A stretch of 64,000 nucleotides of DNA from Octopus sinensis (taxonomy: Eukaryota). Every line of letters starts with the position of its first letter. Position 1 is the stretch's first letter. Below the pieces are notes generated by a model. It saw only the letters and a program-made list of their open reading frames with translations. It searched no databases and was not told where the DNA came from. The stretch covers positions 43,276,001-43,340,000 of the forward strand of contig NC_043005.1 in assembly GCF_006345805.1 (NCBI RefSeq). Direction: 5' to 3'. The translations under genes were made by a program, and so were the position numbers. This document shows positions 40,853-53,092 of the stretch, one piece after another.

Positions 40853-42617
40853 CTAAAGAAATTACAAAAAAAAAAGAAAAAAATTTAAATTAAAAATAAA
40901 TAAAATAAATCAATAATAAGCAAGATTGTTCATGTGCAAGCTAAGAGTCTGGATTCTAGTGTTCAATAATATTTGAAGTTACTTCAAAGTCTTTTACATC
41001 ATACTAGTTTTCATAAGAATTGTAAAGTTGTTGTTTTATATTGTGGTTTTGATTTCTTCTCAAAAATTCTATAAGTTACTGTCCATATCTTAGACTATTT
41101 ACACATCTTCAGTCAGTGACTCTCTATTATTTCATACACCTTCATATGCATACTGAAAATAATAACCTGAACTATGTTTATTATCAATCATCGCATATTT
41201 TATTACATTGCTCTGGTTAAGATGTGGTGAACCTTTGTTACTATTTGCCCTCAGTGTGTTGATTTTGGTTTAAATTCTTCTTCAGTGTCATTTAAGTTCT
41301 GTTACTTCACTCTGTAGATACATTATTGTTGCTTTATTATTATTATTATTATTATTATTATCATTATTATTATTATTATGTTTCAAATCAGAATTGGTTA
41401 ACAAGTGATATAACATTTAACTATAAAAGAAATTAACTATTAAGCACATGGTATTAATATAATCAAGTACAGTTACTATTTATTGTACAGTTGTAACTGA
41501 AAAGATGCTGTTGATTTATCTGACAGTGAAAAATAGACATTTATGTAATGGTGCTAGTGATGATGTTGATGGTAAAATAAGGTGATGATAAGGAGAATAA
41601 CAATGCAATGGACAAAATATCATTTTTGGTAAAAGACATGATCATTCAAAGAATGAATATGTTCAACAGCCTTACCAAGATGAACCAGAAAACAGCATCA
41701 CTAGGGTTGCCCTACGCTAAGTATTGTAGTATAGTTCTTACTTATTGATTTTTATCACTTTCTGTATTATCAAACCCAAACAAACTAAGACATTGGACTG
41801 TGAGGTGTGAAGATCTAACATCTATAATTGGTTGGCTTATGTTTAACCTCAATATTATCTCATAGCCAATAGTTTTGAGTGTTTTGTCACATACACTAGA
41901 CTTAATTAGAAGTTTCGCATTTTGATACTTCTTGAGTTTTTTTATCTGTCACAAAAGACTTTTGGTTTCTCAAGTGACAAATATAACTACACATGACTTA
42001 ATGTGAAGAGGATATGGTTATAGAGTTCAATGGCAATGCCAACGAAACCTTACCCCATACTTGCTGCCATCCATTTCTGAGATATACAGAAACACAACTT
42101 TTAGTAATTAATACAGCTGATCCATAATTGCTTGGAAGAGTACTACTGTATAACAAGCCACAGAGTTAACGATTCATAATTCGTCTCAAGTAGTGTGACA
42201 TGTCCCCACCTGATATTTCTAATTCATGGTTGTGTAGTCAGTTCAGCTAACAGGAGGTAACAGGGAGTATTGTGAAACCAAATGCTTTTGTTAACTCACT
42301 ACATTGATCACAAAGTCTTGCGAAAGAGGAGTCTCTAAAAAAAACTTTGTACCTTTAAAGTATCGTGAGAGCCACTGTTGCCAGCCCTGCCCTGCTTCCA
42401 TAGGTTGATTAATCCTTTCAAAAACACTTAGTACTTAATTACAATTTGTTTAACATTAAATAGATGTGAATGTATGTCTGTTCTTGGACAGGACGGTGGT
42501 CTAATTGAGGCAATCACAGGTGATGATAGTTGAAAATTTGCTAAGTTTTTACTAATGTATCTGTTGGTTGTATCTAAAAATAAATCCCAGTTTTTCCTAC
42601 AAATGTTGTAACCCTAG

Positions 42618-42659
<42 letters not shown>

Positions 42660-42668
42660 TGTGTGTTG

Positions 42669-42717
<49 letters not shown>

Positions 42718-43432
42718 ACATATATACATACTCACACAAAGAAGTGTAATTAAACTCACATCCTTTTACTTTCTACTTTTGTCACAGCAAAATATACTAA
42801 ATAACTATATACGTAACTTTATGCATACAAGTATTATATGCAGTATTATATCCATGTATGTATTGTCTGGCATGCTCTCTTTCTTTCTCTATTTTTTTTC
42901 TTTTTTTTCGTGTCTGTGAGTTGTGTCTGGTTCTCCCACAGTATATATAGTTTGTGTGTGCGTGTACGTGTCCTCCCCGCCCTGCCCCATCCTTTTGCTT
43001 TAATTTTCACACTGTAATCAGACAGAGCAATTTGCTTTAGATTCCCTTATTGACATGTTAGCTCTGCTGGGATGGCCTTGAGATATTCTGGCAAAGGCAG
43101 GTGACACACATTCCTTTTCACTTGCTAGTCAATCTGGCTTGACCTATTAACATTAATACTAGTTAAAAAAAATAGGTAATACTCTGAACTTGAGAGCTCT
43201 TGTAGGTAATTCAGTTACTCAGTAAACAGTGGAGCAGGTGAGAGCAAGTCCCTTTGACAAGCACCTTTTTATTCACTGATTATATTTAGTTTCTTTCTGA
43301 AGCAGATAGTTTTAATGTCTTTATAACTTCATAGTCTGTTATGTTTTATTGTCCAGTATTATGAAATTTATTCAAGCATTTGTTTCACAGGAGCTGTAGT
43401 TAAGTGAAATATTTATAGGTAGCTTTATATAC

Positions 43433-43489
<57 letters not shown>

Positions 43490-44498
43490 TTTTAATTTAC
43501 TTACAATGTTAAGCTTTCTCGTTGTGTTTTCGTTTGCCAGCTTAATATAAGTAAAAACTTAGAAGCATCGTTTTAGGGTTAAAAAACAGCACTTGGATTT
43601 GTTGCTATCATTAAACAACACAAGACCTTCGACCACTTCCAAAATTAAAACTACATGTTTTGTCCTAAATTTTTAGGACCGGATATCCTACAAAAAAAAG
43701 AGTTATTTACGTCTGGAACGCTAACCAAAGTGATAAATGCCCTTCCAAATTGACAAGCAAGACATCCTGTAAACATGGCATAATTAAGTGTAGTTGACCT
43801 CTGGGTTACTTGTGTGTTTCCATTTGTCTAGCTCTATACAACTAGGTCTACTCAAGCAGAGATGCTCAAGGCTTACATGTCATTTCAGTTACATGAAATA
43901 GTGATTAATTTCACAGAAACAATTCTCCTGCAAAGATTCTCCTGCAAAGATTCTCCTGAAAGAAACAAGACATAACTAAGATAAATCAGAAAACCTTTGT
44001 ATTCTGAATATTGTCCAGTTAGTGCTTGTCAGTACACGCTTCTCATATTCATATATTGTATGAAAATTTACTTATGGTCCAGATTTGTTGTTCAGCTGCA
44101 GGTCAGTTTCTGTGAAGCAGACCTCAGATGGGAAACCAAGACTTTCCAACATTTGTTTCCAGGAGTAGTATATCTGATAATTATCTTATTTGAAGTGTTC
44201 CCCTCTAAGATTGTAGGTTGTGCTTTTAGGGTTAGCTAGGTTCTACTTTTAGCAGGCTGAACAATTACATTTAGGCTCCTTCATTTGCTCATATGTACAT
44301 ATTTAGAGTGTGTGTGTAGATAGAGAGATATAGGTATAAGTATGGGCATGTGGTTAGGGAGTTTGCTTCAGGACTAAATGGTTGAGGGTTAGTCTTTCTG
44401 AAAGGACATTATAAGTTAATGTCCTCTACTACAGCTGTGGGTTGACCAATCCAATACATTGTAAGTCTGATTGATTGACAGATACTTGCAAAAGTCTT

Positions 44499-44529
<31 letters not shown>

Positions 44530-44531
<2 letters not shown>

Positions 44532-44912
44532 CTGCAGGTGTGACTGTGTCATGAGAAACATTTTTCCCAACCACATGGTTCCAGGTTCAGTCTCACTGCA
44601 TGTGGCACCTTCGGCAAGTGTCTTCTACAATAGCCTCAGGCCAACCAAAGCCTTGTGAGTAGATTTGGTAAGCAGAAACTGAAAGAAGCCTGCTGTATAT
44701 GTGTGTCTGTGTTTGTGTCTTTATTTGTCCCTCACCTTCACTCATCAGCTGGTGTTTATGTCCCTCTAACTTAACAGTTCAGCAAAAAGAGACCAATAGA
44801 ATAAGTAACAGGTTTAAAATAAAAACAAGCATGGGGGTCGATTCATCAACTAAAATTCTTCAGCATAGTGTCTCAGCATGGCTGCAGTTTAATGACTGAA
44901 ACAAGTAAAAAT
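44530..44912 (+). mobile_element. SINE A
   Basis: Colinear with other copies. Confidence 0.85.
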
Positions 44913-45530
44913 TATGTATATATATATATCATCATCATCATCGTTTAGCTATATATATATATGCATATACAGAACTACAAATATTCGATAGAGTATTTAA
45001 AAATGTTGATATCACTGCTATAATTTGTGTGTTAGATTTCTGCTATCAGAAAAGGCTAGTTGAATATAAATAGTGAAGCTTTTACTTTCAACTGAATACC
45101 AACACAGGATGCTTGTTTGAATCAGTTCACTTTGAAAACATCATGAGTGATGGACCCTTGATAAAATTGCAGCAACTAGAATGCATAATTGCATAAGAAG
45201 CAATGTGCAGTCACTGCAGTTGAAACATATGTAGGTCAGACATATATTCTGTAGAACACATTTGAATGAAGAAATCTGGGGATGTGAATAAAATCTCCAC
45301 TTGCCTATTCATTATCAATGTCATTAAATACTCTACAAAATATTTGCAGTTTTGAATAAGAACATGGAATTAGTCAAAGAGTGAGGTTTACCAGTACCAG
45401 TATCTCTTCTTGACCTTGAGTATTATATAATAGACCATTGTGGATAACCAGCATCTAAACCAATTCAAGAGGTAATAAGTATCTGCCAGGATAATTTATC
45501 TCTTTTATATTCTGCATATATATATATATA

Positions 45531-45622
45531 CTTTATTTAAAAGCAGCAAAACTGTCCGACGAACGGGAACGTGAAACTCCGAGTAACAGCTTTTGTTATA
45601 TTTCTGCTGCTTTTAAATAAAG
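45531..45622 (+). ncRNA. Minimal type I hammerhead ribozyme motif (family 1) in a TA-flanked short element (~45531-45695)
   Basis: Stem I CTGT(45552-55)/ACAG(45586-89). Core CCGACGA 45556-62 (CUGANGA with U4C). Stem II ACG-GGAA-CGT. GAAA 45573-76. Palindromic stem III ACTC-C-GAGT. GUA cleavage triplet ending 45585. Perfect outer 18-bp stem 45531-48/45605-22. Confidence 0.8.
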
Positions 45623-45719
45623 CATATTACTCTACCTCTGGTATTTGAGTACTCTTTTTTCCACTTTGTTTCACATTTATGTGCTTACTCCGGTGTATAT
45701 ATATATATATATACATATA

Positions 45720-45970
45720 GGTGGCACGTAAAATGCACCAATCCGACCGTGGCCAATGCCAGCCTCGCCTGGCACCAGTGCAGGTGGCACGTAAAAAGCA
45801 CCCACTACACTCACGGAGTGGTTGGTGTTAGGAAGGGCATCCAGCTGTAGAAACATTGCCAGATAAGACCGGAGCCTGGTGCAGCCTTTTGGCTTCCCAG
45901 ATCCCCGGTCGAACCGTCCAACCCATGCTAGCATGGAAAGCGGACATTAATTGATGATGATGATGATGAT
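45720..45970 (+). mobile_element. RTE 3'-end derivative (family D)
   Basis: Reverse complement of 32024-32270, with a (GAT)n tail. Further copies at ~12375-12640, 16605-16850, 19835-20080, 27345-27900, 32985-33200 and 61925-62065. Confidence 0.85.
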
Positions 45971-46525
45971 GATATATATATACATATAGGCCATCGTCTT
46001 CATCATAATTTAACATCTATTTTTCATGCTGGCATATATGTGAATATTTGTGTTTGCCTGTGTATATTCCTCCTTAATTTGACTTATGTGTTCACTGATT
46101 ATAATCAAGAGCCTCACTTTTCATGCAGATGATCTCCTTTGCAGTCCGCTACAAAAGTTATGTTCCAAGCTTCTTGTCATGCAAGGCCTGATTGTCAACA
46201 AGCTGCACTCTTCGTATAAAACAGTGATGTTTGTTTGTTTGTTTTCCTGTGCGGAAGCATGTCCTGGCTGTTTGTTGTTTGATAAACTGAGAGACTGTAT
46301 TGCCTTGCTTGAAAACAGTTGAAGTTTGGCGTCAGAAGGGCATCTAACCATAGAAAATTCTGCTCTTGTTTTGCTTGGGCAAATGGATGTTAAAACACAA
46401 TAATGATGATAATGATGTGTGTCCTTGTGTGTGTATATGTGTGTATATATGTATACAAGTGGATGTTAAAATACATGTGTAGATATATACACATGCATAC
46501 GCATATGTATACATATATGTATGCT

Positions 46526-46579
<54 letters not shown>

Positions 46580-46642
46580 AGTATATATGTGCATTTGTGT
46601 GTGTGAATATGAGTGTATGTTTGTGTGTGTATATGTATGTAA

Positions 46643-46683
<41 letters not shown>

Positions 46684-47369
46684 AACACATGAAATCCTGT
46701 CCTGTTGATATAAGCCACTCCTCCCAACCACTTTGCACACTTTGTATAGATGCAAATCTGGTAAATATAACAAAACCAGCGGCTGTACTTGACTTTACTA
46801 AACTTGCATAAACTTATTTATCTGCTCTACACTAGGTGGATAGGTAAATGATCATGTAGATGATATGATGATGATTATCATTATTATCATCATTATTATT
46901 ATTAGTTCATATAGGTAGATAACTTAAAGAAATATATATAAAGTAGCTTGATATGTAAGATAACAGCTTTTAAATATCTGTTGAATTATATTTTGAAATT
47001 TATGAATGAATTAGCTGTTAAGAGCGCTTCAATATAAAATGATAGTAAGCTTTATAAGCACTCATTTCAGATAGAAAAGATCAAGAAGTTTGTGACCACA
47101 CATAACCAATTACTGTACAGAGTGCCTGCTATTCCGTCTTCTCGAATTAGGTACTTGAATTTATTTTCTCTGCTATTTTCACCATGACTATTTACTCACC
47201 AGTCAGTTAGACCAGTCACTTAGTGTAACAAAGATAGGTTATACTGCATTATGAACAATATATATTATAGGCTTATACTCAACCTATTATGGTATACTAT
47301 GTTTTATTTAGGATATTTTGCAACATGAAATAACTCTATAGCTGAAATTTAAGTAGCACACATATTTCT

Positions 47370-47593
47370 TTAACCTTTTCGTTAACCACATTTCTGATGA
47401 AATACTACACTGCCGTATTTTCAACGAATTTTTAAAATGATAAAGAATAAGTAAGATAAGTTTGTAAAATAAACTGGTGTTGGGAACAAAAATTGATATG
47501 AAATTTTGGTGGAAGGCTTAATTTTAAATCATTTTTTTTTTTTGTTAGAAGCAATGGGTCGGCTCTTGGGTCAGTTTGTATCAAAAGGGTTTT
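47370..47593. mobile_element. piggyBac-type MITE family G, opposite orientation
   Basis: TTAACCTTTTCGTTAACC...GTATCAAAAGGGTT; internal sequence is the reverse complement of the other copies. Confidence 0.65.
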
Positions 47594-47821
47594 TATGAAT
47601 CACTACCATAAAACTAATGAAAGAATTTTAATGAAGGTAATTAATAAAATGTAAATTACACCAACCTTTAAATTAAACTAGAGTCCTTTTATATGGTCAC
47701 TTGATCTGCGAGAAATATTAACCAAATCTTCCTCCAATCACACACTATCATCTTAAAGATAACAGAATAGTTTTTTTCTTTTTCTTTTTTTTTTTGTACT
47801 GTATCCCTGGGTGACCAATAA

Positions 47822-48335
47822 TTTTAGGGAAGCGGCCTATGTCAATTACATCAGCCCCTTTACTCAAGGGTACTCATTTTATCATCCTTGAAAGGACGAA
47901 AGACAAAAGCAACCTTGGTAGAATTTGAACTCAGACTGTAAAAGATGGGTGAAATCCCACTAAGTATTTTTCCAAGCATGCTAACAATTCTCCTAGCTCG
48001 CCAGCTTATCTGGGGTTAAATATAAATAACTAGATTTAGTTGTATATTAGAAAGAATCCAAACAAGGACCAAGAAAAATAAACTAATACCAAATATAAGA
48101 GAGACTATTCATATATAGGTCACACTATGGCAGCCAGCTGGCAGAATCGGTATTGAGCCGGAAAAAAATGCTTAACAGCATCTTGTTCATCTTTACATTC
48201 TGAGTTCAAATTCTGCTGAGGTTAACTTTGCCTTTCATCCTTTCAGGGTCGATAAAATAAGTACCAGTTGAATACTGGAGTGGTACCCAATTAACTGAAA
48301 TCACTAGTCTTGTGACAAAATTTGAAGTCAATGTC
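47822..48335. mobile_element. Head-to-head SINE B pair (minus 47822-48010, plus 48132-48335)
   Basis: Core matches in opposite orientations. Confidence 0.8.
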
Positions 48336-48904
48336 ATAAGTGACGTGATTAGATAGAAACATTCTCTACACTAAATTGAATTGCCAAAACCAATGAAAGA
48401 ATTTTAATGAGAGTAATTCATAAAATGTAAGTCACATCAACCCGTAAATTAAAACGAAGAGTCCTTTTACGTGATCACTTGATCAGCAAAAAATATTAAC
48501 CAAATCTCCTTCCAATCAGACACCATCGTATCGTCTTAAACATAACAGAATACAGTGTTGACCATTCTGACCAGTGGTCATGCACAAGGTTCAGTTAACC
48601 AACGCAGTGTATGATTGGATTTGGCTAGAGAATAGCTGTTTCGGTATGGAATATATCCTACATTCAGATAAAGTAGAGACTCATGGTCATATGTTTAAAT
48701 TTAAAGTTAAGTCTTGATTTGTGTAGATGTGTTATGATTTCTATGTGGGAGAACAAATAGATATGGGAAACTCAGAGAAGCATTGAGCAAAAAGTCAGTT
48801 TTGGATTTTTCTATTGTTGTGTGCTTGCATGTGTGTGTGTGTGTGTCTTTCGGTGTGTATCTGTGTGTGCATGTGTTTGTTTGCCTGTATGCGTATGTGT
48901 GTGT

Positions 48905-49295
48905 GTAAGCACAGGTATGGATAAGAAGTTTTCTTTGCAGCCACATGCTTTCAAGTTCAGTCCTGCTACATGGTACATTGAGCAAATGACTTCTGCAGCC
49001 CTAGGCTGACCAATACACCTTGTGAGTGAATTTGGTAGATGGAAACTAAATGGAAGCCTGTACATATGTGAGAGGGAGAGAGAGAGTGTACGATTTTTCT
49101 GTTTAAACTTTTGTTCCCTTCCTTGACAACAACCAATTTTGGTTCATTTATGTGCCTGCAGCTTAGTGGTCTGGCCAAAAGTGACTATAGAATAAGTATT
49201 CTGCAGGAGAATGGGATCATTTTGTTCCCCTAAACTTGAGATATGCTCCAGTATGGCCACAGTCTAAATGACTGGAGAAGCAAAAAGAATAAAGG
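48905..49295 (+). mobile_element. SINE A, degenerate
   Basis: Head and tail are recognisable. Confidence 0.65.
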
Positions 49296-49904
49296 TATGA
49301 TCACAACCTCATGCACACTATTTGTGATAATGTAAATACTTCTTGAGAAATATTTAGTTTTACTCATTCATTTTAAATAATGTTTGATATTTATAGAAAA
49401 ACTATCCAAGAACTGAATAATTTAATCTAAGTAACTAAGAGTCTGTGGTGCATACACCTCTGAAGTTGCCAATAGATCTATATTTAGATCATGCTAGACT
49501 TGCGGTCTCCAATGCTCAACTTTTTTAAACAGTATTTAACTATCTATTAATTAAGCCAGCTCAATCAAGAGATATTTTGCATTACACTGCTACATGTAGC
49601 CCCCCCCCCCCCACTTCACTGCTTCATGTTGTCCTCCCACTGCTACTTCATCGTAAACTCTCTCTCTCTCTTTCTCTCTCCTTCTCTCTCCCTCTCCATC
49701 TCAGTTTCTACCAATGCTACTATCAAAGAGCTACCTTTTTTTCTGAAATAGGCTTGATGAACATTTTTGATCTTTGCTTATTTATTTTGATGTCTTTATG
49801 TTGAAGTTTGAAATATTTGTCTTTGATTCTGTGCAGTATAAAAATTGCACAGTTCTTCTCAGGTTATTGAAATAGTTGTTATTTGCGTAAGGCTTTTTTA
49901 TTTT

Positions 49905-50352
49905 TACACTGTCACTCAAAATCATTTCTACTTTAAGCACAAGGCCCAAAATGTTTGGGTGGGGGGTCAGGTGATTGGATCGACCCCAGTATGCAACTGG
50001 TATTTAATTTATTGACCCCAAAAGGATAAAAGGCAAAGTTGACCTCAGCAGAATTTGAACTCAGAACATAAAGACAGATGAAATACTGCTAAGCATTTCA
50101 CCTGGCGTGCTAACATTTCTTATTTCTTTATTGCCCACAGGGGGCTCAACATAGAGGTGACAAACAAGGACAGACAAAAGGATTAAGTCGATTACCTCGA
50201 ACCCCAATGCGTAACTGGTACTTAATTTATTGACCCCCAAAAGGATGAAAGGCAAAGTCGATCTCAGCAGAATTTGAACTCAGAACGTAAAGACAGACGA
50301 AATACTGCTAAGCATTTCACTTGGTGTGCTAACATTTCTGCCAGCTCGCCAC
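49905..50352 (-). mobile_element. Tandem SINE B / SINE B variant pair
   Basis: Two cores, with GCTAACATTTCT repeated at the junction. Confidence 0.85.
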
Positions 50353-52473
50353 CTTCCCGTCAATCAAAATCATGCCAAATTTTTTGCTGTGGTTTTTTTA
50401 GAATGCATACAGAAAACATTGTTATTGCATACTCTGGAAGTCATTGGTTCAAGAACCATTCAAGCTTCAAACAAAACTGTTTCCATTTCACATTCCACTT
50501 GTGCTGGTTACATCAGAATTATCAAGAATGTTCTTAATCAAAATTCAAATGAAACCACAAACATGTGGAAGTTTCTGCTGTTAAACCTCATTGCCATCAA
50601 ATAATCGGTCCTTCCATTTAACATTTTCACATATTATATCTACTGATGTCACAAATTACAAATTATTTAACTGTATGGAAGATGAAAAAACTTCACCCTT
50701 CATTAGCATTTATTTATTTGGGATTCCATTGATGTGTATTTCAGATTTCTAGATTTACTCTGCAGAAACACCAAACTTAATAAATTTAGGTATTTGCAAA
50801 CCCATTCAACTTATGTTTAACATTTATAAATGAAATGTACACTACTGAAAATGAAAAGATTCCACAGGGATATGACAAATATTTCTGGAATTTATGCATT
50901 CTGCTAGAAATATCACATAGTTTTATAATACTTCCACATGCACACGCACACATCTGCACATTCCTACTTTACTTTGGCAGTGTATATCATTGTTTCAGCT
51001 GTTTTTCCTGTAGGTTTTTGAACAATTAAACAACTTAGCTGTCTTCTTGCATGCTTGTTTAAACAACATCTCTACCTGTTATACTTTAGTCTCATTTTTA
51101 TATTTTAACTTTCCTAAGTTATTTGCTATTTTAACATTTTTTTTCTTTTTTCTTGGTCAATTTCATAATTTTTACATAATAGATATAGACCCTAGATTTT
51201 TTTCTTGATATCAGATATTCTCTTTGCTTTCCACCATTTTTTAAAAAATTTTCTTTGCTGTAATTACACTTGCTATTCTAAGTGAAGCATGTTTTTCATT
51301 AAATGAGGGTCTACAAGATAAAACTCAGCGTTATTCTGACTGGACTCAAACACTTAATGTGGTAAATTTCTTGAGTTTAATTTATTATACTATTTCACTA
51401 CTTAACCATCACAAAAATAAAATTAAGAACCTTAAACTATGGAACAAAATATTAAACCATTCTTTTGATTTTCTTTTTTCTTTATGGTGCCCTTTTAGGA
51501 TAGACATTTATACTATCTTTTTTTTTTGTCCTCTTCTTGAAATATTTTGTCCTTTTAAATTCCTAGAATGTCGTCTAAGAATTCTCTTAAATTTTCATAT
51601 CCGGTGTGTTTACTCTTTTATCTTCTTTTATTGAAAATGCTATGAAATTCTTGCCTAAACTCTGTGGACTTCTTTCTTTTAATGATTCCAATCTTTATGA
51701 GAAGCCAAATTTGTTATATCAAAATACTTAATCTGTTTAGATAATGACTGAAGATCTGAAGGCTGTATTTTTAAAAGTTTTATTTGATTTTCTTCTATCA
51801 ACTTGTTACTTACTTTGTGGATATTATATCATTGAATCAACACAAGTAATTTGATGACATGAAGTGAAAGTCTTCAAAAGAGCGACAACATGAAGATAAT
51901 TGCTCAATCTTCGAACAGCAGTAGGAAATAAAACTTACCAATAGGTACTCTTAAAAAATGTAACTGGACTTCACTTGTTGAAATCAGTAAATTAAATGGC
52001 TCTCCTCTGATTTAGTTATACTATCTATACATGTACTGTTTCATGATGTCAGTTCTTGGAAGGAATCAATTAGAATTATTTCAGTTGCCATAGTAATGTG
52101 ATTTAGTGCAGACAGTTCTAAGGTGACTGAAGCTACAACTGTTTTTGATCCTTTCAACATTTGGATTTAAGCTGATCATTTCAGAAGTCCATCTGTTATG
52201 CCATTAGTATGTTCAGTACATAAACATCTATGTTTAAGTTTATATTTCATCACCTATGAAAGCACCGGATCTTTCTCGTGTTCCTTCCTTCTTGAGAGGA
52301 AGTTACTGAATAATTGAATAGAATACAAAACTAGTTTATTTCTTGTTTTTGTTAGAGAACAGTTTGGAACAGCCATCTTACCAATGTTGTTTAGATCTTC
52401 CTTCTGATCACAATGTAGAAAAAGGAGATTATGGGGTAACTCAGAAAAAAAACATACATTCCATATAACAACT

Positions 52474-53092
52474 TTAACCCTTTAGCATTCAAACTGGCTA
52501 TATTACTCTTTTACTATTTTACTTGTTTCAGTCATTTGACTGCGGCCATGCTGGAGCACCGCCTTTAATTGAGCAACTCAACCCCGGCACTTATTCTTTT
52601 GTAAGCCCAGTACTTATTCTATCGGTCTCTTTTGCCGAACCGCTAAGTAATGGGGACATAAACACACCAGCATCGGTTGTCAAGCAATGCTAGGGGGCCA
52701 GATACACACACAAACACACCACGCATATATATATATATATATACGACAGGCTTCTTTCAGTTTCCGTCTACCAGATCCACTCACAAGGCTTTGGTCGGCC
52801 CGAGGCTATAGTAGAAGACACTTGCCCAAGGTGCCATGCAGTGGGACTGAACCCGGAACCATGTGGTTGGTAAACAAGCTACTTACCACACAGCCACTCC
52901 TGCGCCAAAATATTTAAAACTATTTGTCAAATCCAAACTTGCCAGATCCAGCTTCTCGCATCTATCCTACAGTGTCATTCTAAAAATAATATTCACATTA
53001 TCCAAGTCTCAAAGCTACAATGATTAATTCAAAATAATATGAATAACTAAGCATTACATTTTGATAGAGTAATCTGAATGCTAAAGGATCAA
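52474..53092. mobile_element. piggyBac-type MITE family F interrupted by a young SINE A
   Basis: TTAACCCTTTAGCATTC start. SINE at ~52512-52905. The MITE resumes and ends GAATGCTAAAGGATCAA. Confidence 0.75.
52512..52905 (-). mobile_element. SINE A, young, nested in MITE F
   Basis: Near-identical to 35698-36097. Confidence 0.92.

Noticed and set aside
46100-46210. FHADDL resembling an RT YADD motif
   Set aside because: Similarity to RTE RT is too weak and short to support without a search.
3607-47420. Other CTGATGA occurrences (3607, 28340, ~40037, ~47395)
   Set aside because: None is followed by stem II-GAAA-stem III, so they are not hammerheads.
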